64,000 nt of DNA from Callorhinchus milii (lineage: Eukaryota), in the NCBI RefSeq assembly GCF_018977255.1, contig NW_024704743.1, forward strand, positions 77,750,001 to 77,814,000, given 5' to 3'. The position numbers and the translations under genes were made by a program. The notes beneath the pieces are model-generated. The model worked only from the letters and a program-made list of their open reading frames with translations, had not been told where the DNA came from and searched no databases. Positions 39,261-51,490 of this stretch are shown piece by piece (position 1 is the stretch's first letter; every line of letters starts with the position of its first letter).

Positions 39261-41244
39261 TCCTCGATTCCTCATCATTGGATGTTAGCATGGAAATCCA
39301 ATGAGAATAGAAATGCAGCCTTAACAGGGTCCCAGCCATTGTCAAGCAAGCTACCAACACTAGCAGTATTCATTGCCATATAAAGATTGGAGTTGTTACT
39401 GGAACATAGCTGGTGCCCATGGAACATACTCCAGCATGAGTCACCACCTACCGCAGAGCAGGGAAAACGGGCCAGAAAGGGGGAGTCTCATTTACTGTAC
39501 AGCCTAGGTAAGTAGACATAGCTATTGAAATTGACTGAAAACAAGAATGAAACATGTAGCTAACACAGGCCTGAAATATTTAAAAGATTACCCCTGGGTT
39601 CTTTCTGGAGCCTTCTCAGTCTACAGACAGCACAGCTCATAAATGTGAAGGATAATATAGTGAATGGGTTAAGGAGTGAATAAGTGATTTGATTCTTCAC
39701 TTGCTAGATCTTGCGCTGAAGACGTCAAAAACGCTGTATCAAATGCAAGGATTATGTCGGGTCCAATTTGTAGTGTTTCTCAAAAAATTTAATAAGAAAT
39801 ATGCAATTATCAAATGCACTGATGAATTGTTTAGTAAAGTGTTGATCCTTCATCTCGTGCATAGATTAATAACATCCTCCTTTTTGGGGCAGGAATACAC
39901 AAATAACTCCTCACAGGTCAGTTCAGATGTAACTGAATAACAGCCCTTCACTTATATCCAAAGAGATGAGAATTCCCTTATGACAACAATACAAGCTCAA
40001 TCAAGACATTCACAATTATTCTAACCTGTGATGAAGCTAGTGCCCAAATGCAAATGTTAAAGTACACAGGACAGAAGCAAACAAAATGGATTCATATAAT
40101 AAATAATAACTCTTGAATTTCATATCCTTTTCACGTCATTGAATGTCTCAACACGCTTCACAATATTGACTGTAAAGTGTAGTGACTGTGTATTTGTGGG
40201 CAAATGTTATCTGAACAATCAGTGAATCATGTAAAGGTACAAAGATAGATTTGATCAAAAACAGAACAGTCTACCATTAGAGTATATAGTACTAATCCTT
40301 GAATTTGATATAACGCCTTATCACGTCTTCGAGACGTCTCAAAGTGCTTGACTACAACATTTAACTGCAATCTGTTCCTACCAGTGCTCCTCACACATAG
40401 GCTTTGTGACAGTCAAGTATATCTTGCAGATGAGAATAGTTCAACTATTGTCTTATGAATTGCCGGCAGATTCCAAACAATATAATCAACACTCCCTTAT
40501 AGAAAGCTACGAATCAAATATTTTATTAATATCTGATAAGACAGCCACCTCAGTGAAATTTATAGACATGGAGTTTGCACGAAGAATCATTACAGCATCA
40601 ACTTCGGTCTGTAAATCCTTCCTCTTCCTCAATAAAAATAGAAAATTCATGGAGTAAAATTGGTCTCAATTTTTTTTATTCTGCTGTAAAGTGTGCAGTA
40701 ATGAAACTTGGATATGTAATTCAATAATAAATCTTCGGTATAAATCTCAAGGTCTTCTCATTCAGCCAGAAGACAATTTAGGTTTGGAATCGTGGGCTGA
40801 GTGTGAGGGATGGAATACATTTTTTCATTTTACCATTGAATGAATGGATGTGCCAGCAAGTAGGCAACACTGAAGACACTGACATCTTGCAAGTAATGAC
40901 TGCTCTCTTGGTAACATGGGAAATATTGTTGTCCATTGGTAAATCAAATTTTTTTCATCTCCATCACAACTACACAGCGAATAGTGCAATAAAAACTATA
41001 ACATGATGCTATAAGCTTCAGCCATTATTATCCATTGATTTAGACATCAAACACTCTTCAAGTGACCTCAAAACAAGAAACAATAGGGAAAAGTATATTA
41101 CTTTTTTAATCAGCTTTCACCTGACACGCCAACCAATTCAATTAGCCAGGCTGCCCAGCGACCTGGGAGTTAAACTGCTGAAGCAAACAGCTTGCTGGTT
41201 GGTTTGCTTAGAAAAATAAGCATTTCACAGGAGCAAAATAAAGT

Positions 41245-41580
41245 TGTGAAGTGTAGTGACTGTGTATTTGTAAGTGAACATGGCAGCCAATTTGCACTTA
41301 GTAGTGTCCCATAGACAACCTTAAAGTGGATTTTATCTGGGGAAACCGGAAAAACTCCCTTCTTTTTTTGAATAATGCCATGGAATTTTTCGGTTTAACA
41401 TCGCACCCAAAGAAAGTGCTCTGGGATGATACCCTGCATGAGTGGCGCTATATAAATGCAAATTGTTGTTGAAGGCATCTCCATCATTGTGGTGTTCCCC
41501 AGCACTTCACTGGATAGCCAGTCTAGACTAATGTGTTCAAATTCTCGAGTGGGTTTTGAACCCAGAACCTTCTGACCTCA
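41245..41580 (-). mobile_element. Deu-type SINE with a short L2-like tail inserted (about 41412-41471, plus)
   Basis: SINE body on both sides of 'aagtgctctgggatgataccctgcatgagtggcgctatataaatgcaaattgttgttg'. Confidence 0.6.
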
Positions 41581-41989
41581 CTACCAATCTTCTAACCTTT
41601 TATCTTTTGATCAACGTTGTGATAAGCTGTAGAAGAATTGTAGAAGAATCTCAAATGAAACAGATGCTCCAATTCCTTCTCTTGCACGTAGTAAACATGG
41701 ACTGGGATGAAGCTAAACAAAATCATATCAAATCTACCCATACAACCGGGGAAATTGGCCCTGCTTATTTGGGACTGACTAAAATGATTCATTGTACAAT
41801 GAGTTAATCAAGATCAAGATGGATGAGACTCACTGCTTAACTTTGGGAGATCATCAGATAATTTTGGCTACAGTTGCTTTTATTGCTTTAGGTACCTTAT
41901 CTGAAATCTGTGTTCCTTTCCACCTTATTACCCAGGTCAGACAGTCAGGCTCCTTAAAGTGATCAGTGTCAAAGAACAAACAACCAAGT

Positions 41990-42275
41990 ATCAGCCTGGT
42001 TCAGTTGGTACCACTCTTGCCTCTGGCAAAGAAGGTTTTGGGTTCAAGCCCCATGTTGGCAGTAGTGATCAGAGGTGCATTCCTTTGAATGAGATGTCAA
42101 ACCAAGGTCCAATACAGGTGGATGTTAAAGATCACATTAATCATTCACTTCACGGTTGTTGTGTGCAAATTGGCTGCTGCATTCACTTACAAATACACAG
42201 TCACTACACTTTACAGCAATCATGGAGCATTTAAGATTTTTTAGTGCTCTAGGTGCCATATCAAATACAATGATT
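41990..42275 (+). mobile_element. Deu-domain SINE, deleted copy
   Basis: Head 'cagcctggttcagttggtaccactcttgcctctg...gggttcaagccc'; 'gagatgtcaaaccaaggtcc...ggatgttaaagatc'; shared tail. Confidence 0.7.
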
Positions 42276-44849
42276 ACTAAACTAATTGAGAGTTCATTCA
42301 CATTTTTGTGGCGAAAAATATCTCTGGCCTGGATTTGTTTAAGGATATCAGATTTTTGACATGGTTGGTTCTACATTTTTCCTACATTGCTGAAAATGCA
42401 ACAAATACAGCAAAAAGATCAAATAGATTGGAAATCTGTGTATGAAAGGTCTACTCTTGATCTGTAAGTATTAATACTGCAATATGGAAACACACCACAA
42501 AATTAAAATGGAAGAGACATTATAAGGTGAACAAAAGTGCAGACCATGTATTCATCTGGATGGTAGGTCTGGTGCAACTATTAGGAACTGTCAAGTGATA
42601 GTATCACTTAAATAGAGCAAAAGTCAGCAAACATTGAAAATAACCTACTTATGAAAGTAAACTCTACTTCATCTGAAAGAAATCCGAGATATAATCTGCA
42701 GGGGTCATCTGGTTAGGCGAACCGAAACGCAGCATAGTCTGCAGGCTATTTACTGACAGGATGGCATTTTACATTTTTAACTGAGTGTAATCAAGAATAT
42801 GGCAGATATAAAGTTATAACCTGACTCTGCTTGATCGTATCTAATCTCAGAGCTAATGTGCCTACCGCAGTCAGATTACCATTCTTAATGCACTAGGAAA
42901 TCACTCTTTACAGATACAAATGGAATAAACAAGCTTTGGTGAAAAGGCTCAAGCTCATTAAGTCTCCTATCCCTCTTCCTTTGACTGAATCATTGTTGTT
43001 TAGACTGGCTACAATAATACTAGACATACAGAAAAGTGCCTCGTTGGATGGGTGTGCATTTGACAGAAACCAGAATAGATTTTATGTCTGAACTGGCAAT
43101 GCAGCACCCAAGTCATGCCAGTATCTGGACTTTTTCCCGAACGTGGACAGCTGACACTAACTCTTTGCAGCACGTAATCTGAACCGTAAATTGGGTGCAG
43201 GATTCACGTTAAATTGGACAGTTCAGAGGAGGGATTGGTTTGAGAGGTATCACTCAAACCTCTGTAACTGTCTCGTACAGTGAAAAGATTCTGTGAAGTT
43301 ACAACGCTTCTCAGTGTCAATGTATAATCAACAGTATAAAATCTCAGTGAGCGAAAAGAGACACTGATACCAACACGGATTTAAAGTTCCTTTTCAAATA
43401 ATTGCAGATAGTTATTCAACAACATGAGGAAATAAGATAAGAAGCACTTATCTCTTACGAGTCTGAAGTGCTTACAGAAAAAGACACTTCTAAGTCCTGT
43501 AATGTACATCATTCCTTAAAATTGCAGGGGATCACTTTGTGTTGAGGATTCACAAGTTTTCGACCACTGGGGGACAAGCAAATTGTCAATTAATTTGAGG
43601 GCAAATACATACAAACAGTATGTTATTGTCTGCATTTATACATGATCATTTTCCACTGCTGGCAACTAAAAGTCACTAACCCACAAATTTTCTGAAATGT
43701 TTATTTAACATCTTAACAACTGTCGATAAAATTGACTTTAATGAATATGGCTTACAGTGAACAAGTATTATGTGAGAGGGGAAAGGTGATCAAAAGCACA
43801 TTGGAAAAGATAAGTCTTTAGATGGGCTTTGAAGGTGGGGAGGGAGAGGTGAGGCAGAGAGATTGCATGATGCAGTTCCAGAAAATGGGGGCAGGCTTGT
43901 TAAAATATAATGAGGTGGCTCCATAATAAACATCTACAGATGACAAAGGTAGAAATATGCCATCCAAGGAGGAGAAAAACAATCAGAGCACTGCTTTTGA
44001 GCAAAGAACGCTAAGAATTTGAAGTATATTGAGGAAAGTGCAGAGCACAACCACTGACACCTCTGTTTCTGGGAATTTATATTATACAGTATTATGTTAT
44101 GTCATTCATTGTATCAAAGTAACTGCTGCATTATATGCAGAATGATCTAATATGGTGCCAATGTCACATCACATTGTGTTATCATAAAACATATAGCATG
44201 TTCCTGAAAGTTTTTAAAACAAATACAGCTCAAAGCTACTTTCAATAATAAAATTCACACATAAGGAACAGTACAAAGTCATAATTCATATGTCTATGAT
44301 TAATCCCGAACAAGAGATGAATCTTTGGATGAAAAAGCTATTGTTTGCCTGAGGAGAAAATGAATTCGAAGACTCTGAGGAAGTGAAGAGGATGGAATCT
44401 ATCAACAGCAGAGAACCAAAATCCAGGAGCTATACACATGCCACTTGAGTCAGTCTTTCAAAACAGTTCCACTAGACTGAGCAAGGGACATAATATATCC
44501 AGGACAAAGCTTTGGAGGACTTCACAACGTGCTTAGGATCACCTTACAAATGACAGATGACACTTACAACACATGAGGACCATAGGGGTCAGAAATTCCA
44601 CTTTTCATATTTCTGTGGCATATATTGAATAGCAGAAGAGGAGTCCACCAGACTCAATACAGCCTATATTAGTGGTATAAGAATCACAATTTTGTTTCAT
44701 GTGATGTTTTTTTATATTAAATAGGTTGAGTGCAGATTTGCCAAAGCTTTTCTCAATGCTGAAGCCTGTGAAGATGGATCAACAGCTTTCCATTGATGAT
44801 GACACTGTACATAATATCAAAAAGCTGGCATCCCATCGTTTGTAAGGTG

Positions 44850-44996
44850 GTCCTAAGGATGTTGTGAAGTTCCCCTGTACTTCCCCAGCACTGTGTTGGA
44901 GTGTCAGACTGTGAGTTGAAAGTCCCGACGTGGGACATGAAACAACAATCTTCTGATCTAGAGGCAAGAGTGCTTCTGACTGAGTCAGCTGATGTC
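44850..44996 (-). mobile_element. Deu-type SINE 5' part
   Basis: 'cagcactgtgttggagtgtcagact...tctagaggcaagagtgcttctgactgagtcagctga'. Confidence 0.6.
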
Positions 44997-45512
44997 AAGC
45001 TCGTAGGCTAGCACCGCAGGCGTATGTTTCTCCACCTTTATCAGTGTGGAAGGGTTGTCCTTACTGGATCCATTCGGTGTGAAGAATATCACATCGAACT
45101 CAAATTTGATCCCGTATTGCCTTACAACAACCTTGTGAAGACATGACTTGCTTCATATAGTAGTGTGCAAATAGTAGTATGGAAATAGTCAGGCAGTTAG
45201 ATAGCAAGGTTTTCTCAGCTACCAAAGTCTGCAGCTGGACATCTTCAACAGACTTCCAGGGTGTTGGGAATCAGAATTCTTTGGAGTAGCCAGAATGGCA
45301 CTAATGGCTAATCTAATGGAAATGAAGGACAATTTTAAGTGCAATTGTAGCTGATGTTCCACACTAACAGTAAATACAATTTCATATTATAAATTGCAAA
45401 TATGTGGATATTATAATATTAAGAAATTGTAGCAATAAAAACAACAAATACTTGCACTTATATAGCGCCCTCCATGCAGTGTAGTGTTTCAGAGCACTTA
45501 TAGGATAAAGGT

Positions 45513-45915
45513 GTTAGCTTTGCTCAGTTGTTTGCACTCTCGTCTGCGAGTCAGAGGCTGTGGTTTCAAGCCTCACTTCAGGACTTGAACTCTCAGTCTA
45601 TGCTGACACTCCAATACAGTGCTGGGTAGTGTACTGCACTTTTGGAGGGGCCAGGCTGCAATGATACATTAAACCGATGTCCCATCTGTCAGTTCAAGTG
45701 GACGTTAAAGATCACACGGAATTATTTGAAAAGTGAAGGGGGTTTCTTCCTGGTGTTCTGGCAAACAATCCCCCAAATAACATTGGTCATTCACTTCATA
45801 GCTGCATGTTGGATATTGCAGTGTGGAAATTGGTTTTTGCTTTTGCCTACTAAATGCATACGGTAAATCCTATGAAATATTTTGAGAAATCCTCCCTGTG
45901 TGAAAGTTGCTATAT
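45513..45915 (+). mobile_element. Near-complete Deu-domain SINE (tail continues at 46242-46275)
   Basis: Head, 'ttaaaccgatgtcccatctgtcagttcaagtggacgttaaagatcacacgg...ctggtgttctggcaaacaatcc' (Deu domain as in AmnSINE1/SacSINE1), shared 3' region. Confidence 0.8.
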
Positions 45916-46241
45916 AATAATAATAATAATAATCCTTGCCTTTGATATAGCGCTTTTCACGTCTTCTAGACGTCTCAAAGCGCTTCACAGAATATGCTGT
46001 AAAGTGAATTGACTGTATATTTGTGGGCGAAACGCGGCAGCCAATTGCACACAGCAGTGTCCCACAAACAGTCGTGGATTGAAAATGACCAATTTATTAT
46101 TGTTTTGTTTTTTGGAAGGATTACTATTAGGCGTGTGAAGTAAGGAAACTTGCCTAAGGTTTCGCCCTGCCTGGAATTGAACCCAGGTGTCTCGCTTGCA
46201 ACGCGAGTGCTTTGAGCTACAGGACTCCTACAGCTACAGGA
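45916..46241 (-). mobile_element. Young tRNA-Ala-headed SINE, short subfamily
   Basis: Near full-length, CpG-rich; flanked by CTATAT at 45910-45915 and 46242-46247 (probable TSD). Confidence 0.9.
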
Positions 46242-46368
46242 CTATATCAAATGTAAGGTTTGTTATTATCATTATTTTCCTCCTTATTAAGGAACACTAT
46301 TAAGAAACACCGCCAAGTTCACTTGACACACAGATCAAAACATTCTGTGTCAAGAATGGACATGGACA

Positions 46369-46693
46369 TGGAGTCCTGTAGCTCAGTGGTTAGAGCACTC
46401 GTTTGCAAGTGAGAGACCTGAGTTCAATTCCAGGCAGAGGGCGAAACCTTGGGCAAGTTTCCTTACTCCACACGCCTAATAATAATCCTTCCAAAACCAA
46501 AACAATAATAAATTGGTCATTTTCAATCTACGACTGTTTGTAGGACACTATTGTGCGCAATTGGCTGCTGCATTCGCCCACAAACATACAGTCAATTCAC
46601 TTTACAGTATATTCTGTGAAGCGCTTTGGGACGTCTAGAAGACGTGAAAAGCGCTATATATCAAATGCAAGGATTATTATATTATTATTATTA
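46369..46693 (+). mobile_element. Young tRNA-Ala-headed SINE, short subfamily
   Basis: A-box 'tagctcagtgg', B-box 'gagttcaattcc', CORE-like 'accttgggcaagt', tail 'gcgctatatatcaaatgcaagg(att)n'. Confidence 0.92.
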
Positions 46694-47698
46694 TAAGAAC
46701 CCATCTGATCTTTTGACTGACAGTTTTTGAGTTTTTCCCAGAAGCCTTGATTGAATATTTCTTTCTTGCTCTGTGCCAGCTGCAAGGGAGCTTCATGGAA
46801 AGAGTTTGGACATTCTGAGCCCTGCCTCTAGTTATTGGATGTACATCAGCAGACTGTAGGATAAGGTTAGAACATAGCAAGCAGTCTAATACCTAGACTG
46901 ACTGCTTCATTGACATAATAGGTCCTTTCAATCTGAAACTCTGTGGTAGTGGAGGTTGGTCCAAGTACCAGCTGTCACATCCTGAGCTGAAACACGGCAG
47001 AGCAGCTAAGCACTGAACACTATGCAGTAGGTTGTGATCTATATTCCACTGACTGTCGGTAACAACTTATGTGAATGCTCTCAACCTTGGCCTCCAGTTG
47101 GAAGAAACCAGATACAGAGAAGCAACATTCTAATGGTTTCCACTAGTCTATCGCTCTGTTGACTGATACATTTTTGCATTGATCCACATCCAAAACAAGC
47201 AGCTCAATGGCCTCAGATCAGTGCTGCTTGCAACTGTTGGTTGTTTGAGCAACCTAATTTTTATTCATATCTTGAAGTATTCAGTAATCTGAGTCCATCA
47301 ACTGTTTAGGTTTAATAGGAAAATTAGCAGAATTAAATCAGTAAAGACTTTACTGAGTCTCACAGTATCCTTGAACACTGGTAAGCAAATAACTGATGTG
47401 CCAGGAAATGTTAAGCTTGAATCATGGCAATGCTGGGATCTGGAGTCATGCAGATTCCAGATAAACGTGGTTTGTTGATAAATCCATACACTACAGCACA
47501 TGCAATCATTCCTTCAGCAATTCAATCTACAGAAAACACAGAAAATATTTAACAGGAATGTATACATTACGCAACAGTGATCTGATTTCAAAAATGTTCT
47601 GATGATTTCAGTTCCATTTCTTAGTGATTGATTATATTTACTGAATTCAGTATTAATAGATGCGGAAACAATTTATGCTTCAATTAAACTGCACAATT

Positions 47699-48745
47699 AT
47701 AATAACCCTTGTATTTAATATTGCGGGAGACGTCTCAAAGCACTTTCTGTAGGCAAACATGGCAGCAAATTTGTGCACAGCAATGTCTCACAACAACTAT
47801 GAAGTGGATGGTCGATTTTATCAGGGGGATTGTGTTAGAATTTACACTTTTTGTATAATGTTAGAATCATAATAGATGTTGCGAACGGGTTAACTTTTAA
47901 GTTAAGTGTGTTGTGGGCAGCTGGACTGAAACTCCTTGCACGTACAAGAGATAACGGACTGTCTCAAGGACGGTGTGTTTGTGTGTGTGAGGCACGTACA
48001 CCCCATGAGATGTTCACGTGAACCCAGCATGATTTCGACCGGGTGATCTAATATCCGCACCATGATTGGATGAACATTGGTATAAGAGTTCTGATAACTT
48101 TGTGTACGGGGCCATTCCGGGTCGCGGAGACAAGGATACGGGAGATGGGGCCATCCCGGGCTGCGGAGACAAGGGTACGGAGATGGAAGACTGAGAGCTA
48201 GAAACACTAAGACTGAGGATATCAGATGGAAGATTGAAAGCTGTAAGCAAGAAGACTGAAAGCATGAAGAATCAAACTTGTGTGCTGTAAAGACAGTGTT
48301 GAACTCTTGAACTTGAGATATCTATAGTGGTGTTATTCTGTTATAAGATCTGTTGATTGTACCGGCCTTTGGTCTGACCCATCGGGATATTGGGGAATAA
48401 CGAACGAACGAATAATAATAAAACAGTCTGATATCTGGTTAGAGGAATTAGCGTTATTTCCTTACAGATTTGGCTGATTTTATTTTCTAACAATTGTTGG
48501 CCATAGTTGGCCATTTAACATCCACCTGAACCAGCAGATAGCACTCCAGTTTAACGTTGCAGCCAAAAGATGGCACCTTCAACAATGCAGCACTCCTCCA
48601 GCACTGTAACAACAACAACAACAACTTGGATTTCTATAGTGCCCTGCACGCCGGATTGTGTCGCAGTATTGGAATGTCAACCTAAATTGTGTGTTCAAAG
48701 ACCCAAAATGGGGTTTGAACTCGGAGATGAAAGATCTACACTGAA
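47699..48745 (-). mobile_element. Deu-type SINE split by the solo LTR
   Basis: The SINE motif 'gggggattgttggcc' is rebuilt when 47833-48496 is removed; body continues 'tttaacatccacctgaac...aaagatggcacc'. Confidence 0.75.
47833..48492 (+). mobile_element. Solo LTR (660 bp) of an LTR retrotransposon or ERV
   Basis: TG...CA ends with 8-bp inverted termini TGTTAGAA/TTCTAACA; ATTG TSD at 47829-47832 and 48493-48496; ATTGG twice, TATAAG at 48081, AATAAA at 48417. Confidence 0.88.
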
Positions 48746-48894
48746 CAAGACTGATATGCTATTGTAATGGGAAAAGCCCATTAGCGGCCAACATTACTAA
48801 AGGCACTACATACGGCATCTGGCATTTCAGCATAATTATATGATTTGCAACATTTACATTTTGTGCTTTGGATTAGTGCCTTGCAATTTTATAT

Positions 48895-49090
48895 GCACAT
48901 ACTTTCACCTGTGATGTTCTGGGTTTTTAATCCAGCCCAGTCTAATGGGGTGAATGCCTCCTCACTTTGATGGTTGTAAGAGTCCAGCATAAGATGTCTC
49001 AATTCAGATCAGGACAGGCCAATTGTGCAAAAGTATCCATAATTTTATAACAACTCATGCAAGTTTGTTTCAGTCAGGGAGATTACATGA
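48895..49090 (+). mobile_element. LF-SINE-like relic
   Basis: 'ctttcacctgtgatgttctgggtttttaatccagcccagtc...tgatggttgt' resembles the LF-SINE 5' region CTTTCACCTCTAGGTCACTGGGTTCAAATCCAGCCCAG as I recall it. Confidence 0.5.
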
Positions 49091-49599
49091 GTATTTGGTG
49101 TATCCAGTCATCATGGTACAGTTGGTGTGTGCTCTTGATAGACTCCAGCAATATCCTAATGCACACTCTGGGGCCCTCAAGCCTTAGCTCTTGCCAACCT
49201 GTGCCTAATACTTTCTGGATTTAGGTAAGCAGAGTGCATCCCTCCAAGGAGAGAGTGCACTTTCCATTCCAACAATCTATTTTGGGTATTTCCATGTGTA
49301 GGTGGGATGCATGGAATTCTCAGTTTCATTTAGATACTCTTAAGCATGGTGATGGTTTCCACATGTGTCAAACACCTGCCTGACTCTCCAAAAATGGAGT
49401 AAGGATACAGAATTTTGAAGAGTTCAGGCCTGCAGAGCCATCAAGAAAGACCCCCAAACTTCCACATGAGCAAATCCATGTTCGATGGCTTAAATCAAGA
49501 AATATTCAATCAAGAATTTTTTTTTGTTGGCCAACCAAATTGATTGGCCTCCACTGCAGTATATGATCTGGAAGCATTTATTGCCAACACTTGGTAAAA

Positions 49600-49800
49600 G
49601 GATAGCGAAAACACCAGGATATTGATTATGCTGATCAGTGATACAGTAACCTTTCTGATTAGTGCTACCATGCCTATAACCACCTCCTTTGCCCCCCACC
49701 CCACTCTCTCCTCCCTCCCTGCCCAGCATGCTCCCCACCATTGTAAATTTCTCCAAGATGTTGTTCCATTTGAAAGGCACTATATAAATATAAGTTGTTG
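49600..49800 (+). mobile_element. Old L2 3' UTR fragment
   Basis: Pyrimidine-rich UTR followed by 'tgaaaggcactatataaatataagttgttg'. Confidence 0.5.
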
Positions 49801-49874
49801 TAGTAATATATTTCTGGCCAGTGATACAATTTAGTAATGTTTCTGGCCAGTGATACCGTGTAGTAATATGTTTT
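49801..49874. repeat. Local tandem duplication of about 30 bp (TAGTAAT..TTTCTGGCCAGTGATAC)
   Basis: Two full copies and a partial third are visible. Confidence 0.8.
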
Positions 49875-50119
49875 GCAAAAATGTTGCTATTTTGAGTGAT
49901 CAGTGTAAAATAATGACCACAGTGATTTCCCTCAACTTGATAACCAAAACATGTATATCAAATGTTATTTATAGTGTGCATCATTTTAAGCTCAGATGTG
50001 ATGTCCCTTCCTCACAGTCCTCACACACCATAGTCTAAGGGCTCTGAGGCGCTTCCCTGAATGAAGGTTCTATATAAAGGCAAGTTTTTGTTGTTGTTGT
50101 TGTTGAATCATTGCTCGCT

Positions 50120-51490
50120 GGGTCAAAACAGCGTGAGGCTGCAGTAAATAAGGTTAACAGGATGCTGAGCTTTATTGCTAAATAATAATAGTAAACCTTG
50201 CATTTGACATAGCGCCTTATCGCGTCTTCGAGACATCTCAAAGCGCTTCACAGAATATACTGTAAAGTGTATTGATTATATTTTGTGGGTGAGTTTAGAT
50301 ACGAAGACGTCATACTCAGTCTCTGGTTACCTTGAAGACTGCATACAATTCTGGACACTGCGACTGGTGGGAAATTTCCCGAGTGGCTCGAATGGTTCCC
50401 ATGCTCTCCAGCAAAATAGCTCCTGATTTTTTTTGAAAATCTATGGGCAGTGGATGTCTATCTGGTGTCCAGCAGTTGTCTAGGGTCTCCGCACTCCCCC
50501 ACCCCACTCCATCACACACACATACACACACACACACACAAAAACCTGCTTGCAGAGGGAGAAGGAGGAGACCAAAAAACACCACCAGCACAAGCACATT
50601 ATTGCTGGGTCCCCAGGAATCTGCTGACATACATTTACCCTTCATACAGCTGCATGTTGGCTTTATAAGCACTTATACACAAGCGGAAACAGGGGATGGT
50701 CTGCCCAGCACAAGCACAGACACTGCTACTTTCCTCATTGCGCAGGCCACTCAGGTGACTCAGCTCATGGTGGGAAAGCCGGGAGCCTGGACGAGAGTAA
50801 AACCATTACCACTGCCACCAAGATGCTGATGAGTGGCTAGCAATCCACAGCTATTGGCCAGACTAGCAGCCCTCACCCCACGTCTGGGGACTGGAGGTGA
50901 CCACGGAGCTGCCAGGTTTTAGATGAAAGGGCAGGACTGCCTTTGTGCATTGTTTTGGCTTTTGTGCCACTTCCCCCCTCCAAATTGACCCCCTACCCCT
51001 GCCTTTATTCCATGAAAATCTTGAGACCTTTCAGGGAGCCAGTGCGCACAACATAATTCCCAGTATTAGAGGAATGAGTAATTAGCAAAGATTAGATAAG
51101 ATAGGGCTCTTCAGTCTTGAAAGAAGATGATTCAGAGGGAACTTTATAGACATGTATACAATTTTAAATGGGATTGAAAAAGTAAACCTTGATCAAATCC
51201 TGATCAATACTTTAGATGCAGTTGGACAGTAGAATAAGATGACATAGGTTTAGAGTAACGGAAGGCAGGACAAATACCGGGAAGATATTTTTTACTCAGA
51301 TCTTAATTAATGACTGGAACAGATTGCCAGGATGGATGGTTGAGGCCAGGACAGTGGACTCATTTGAACTGCAGCTTCACCCTGTGATGGAAGGACAGTA
51401 GGTTGGGTTTTCTGAAAGAATGAGATCAAATGGGCCGAAGGGCCTTCTTCATTCAAACCAATCTTGGTTTGTGATCTTATGATCTTGTGA
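50120..51490 (+). mobile_element. Older CR1 3' part (same subfamily as 22520-23990), interrupted by a SINE tail (50181-50290) and a GC-rich insert (about 50360-51040)
   Basis: 'aataaggttaacaggatgctgagctttattgctaaa', 'gtcatactcag', then 'cccagtattagaggaatgag...tggaacagattgccagg...atgggccgaagggccttctt'. Confidence 0.7.

Noticed and set aside
46369..46443. tRNA-Ala gene
   Set aside because: Continues into a SINE body and tail, occurs as several diverged copies, and has no Pol III terminator after the cloverleaf
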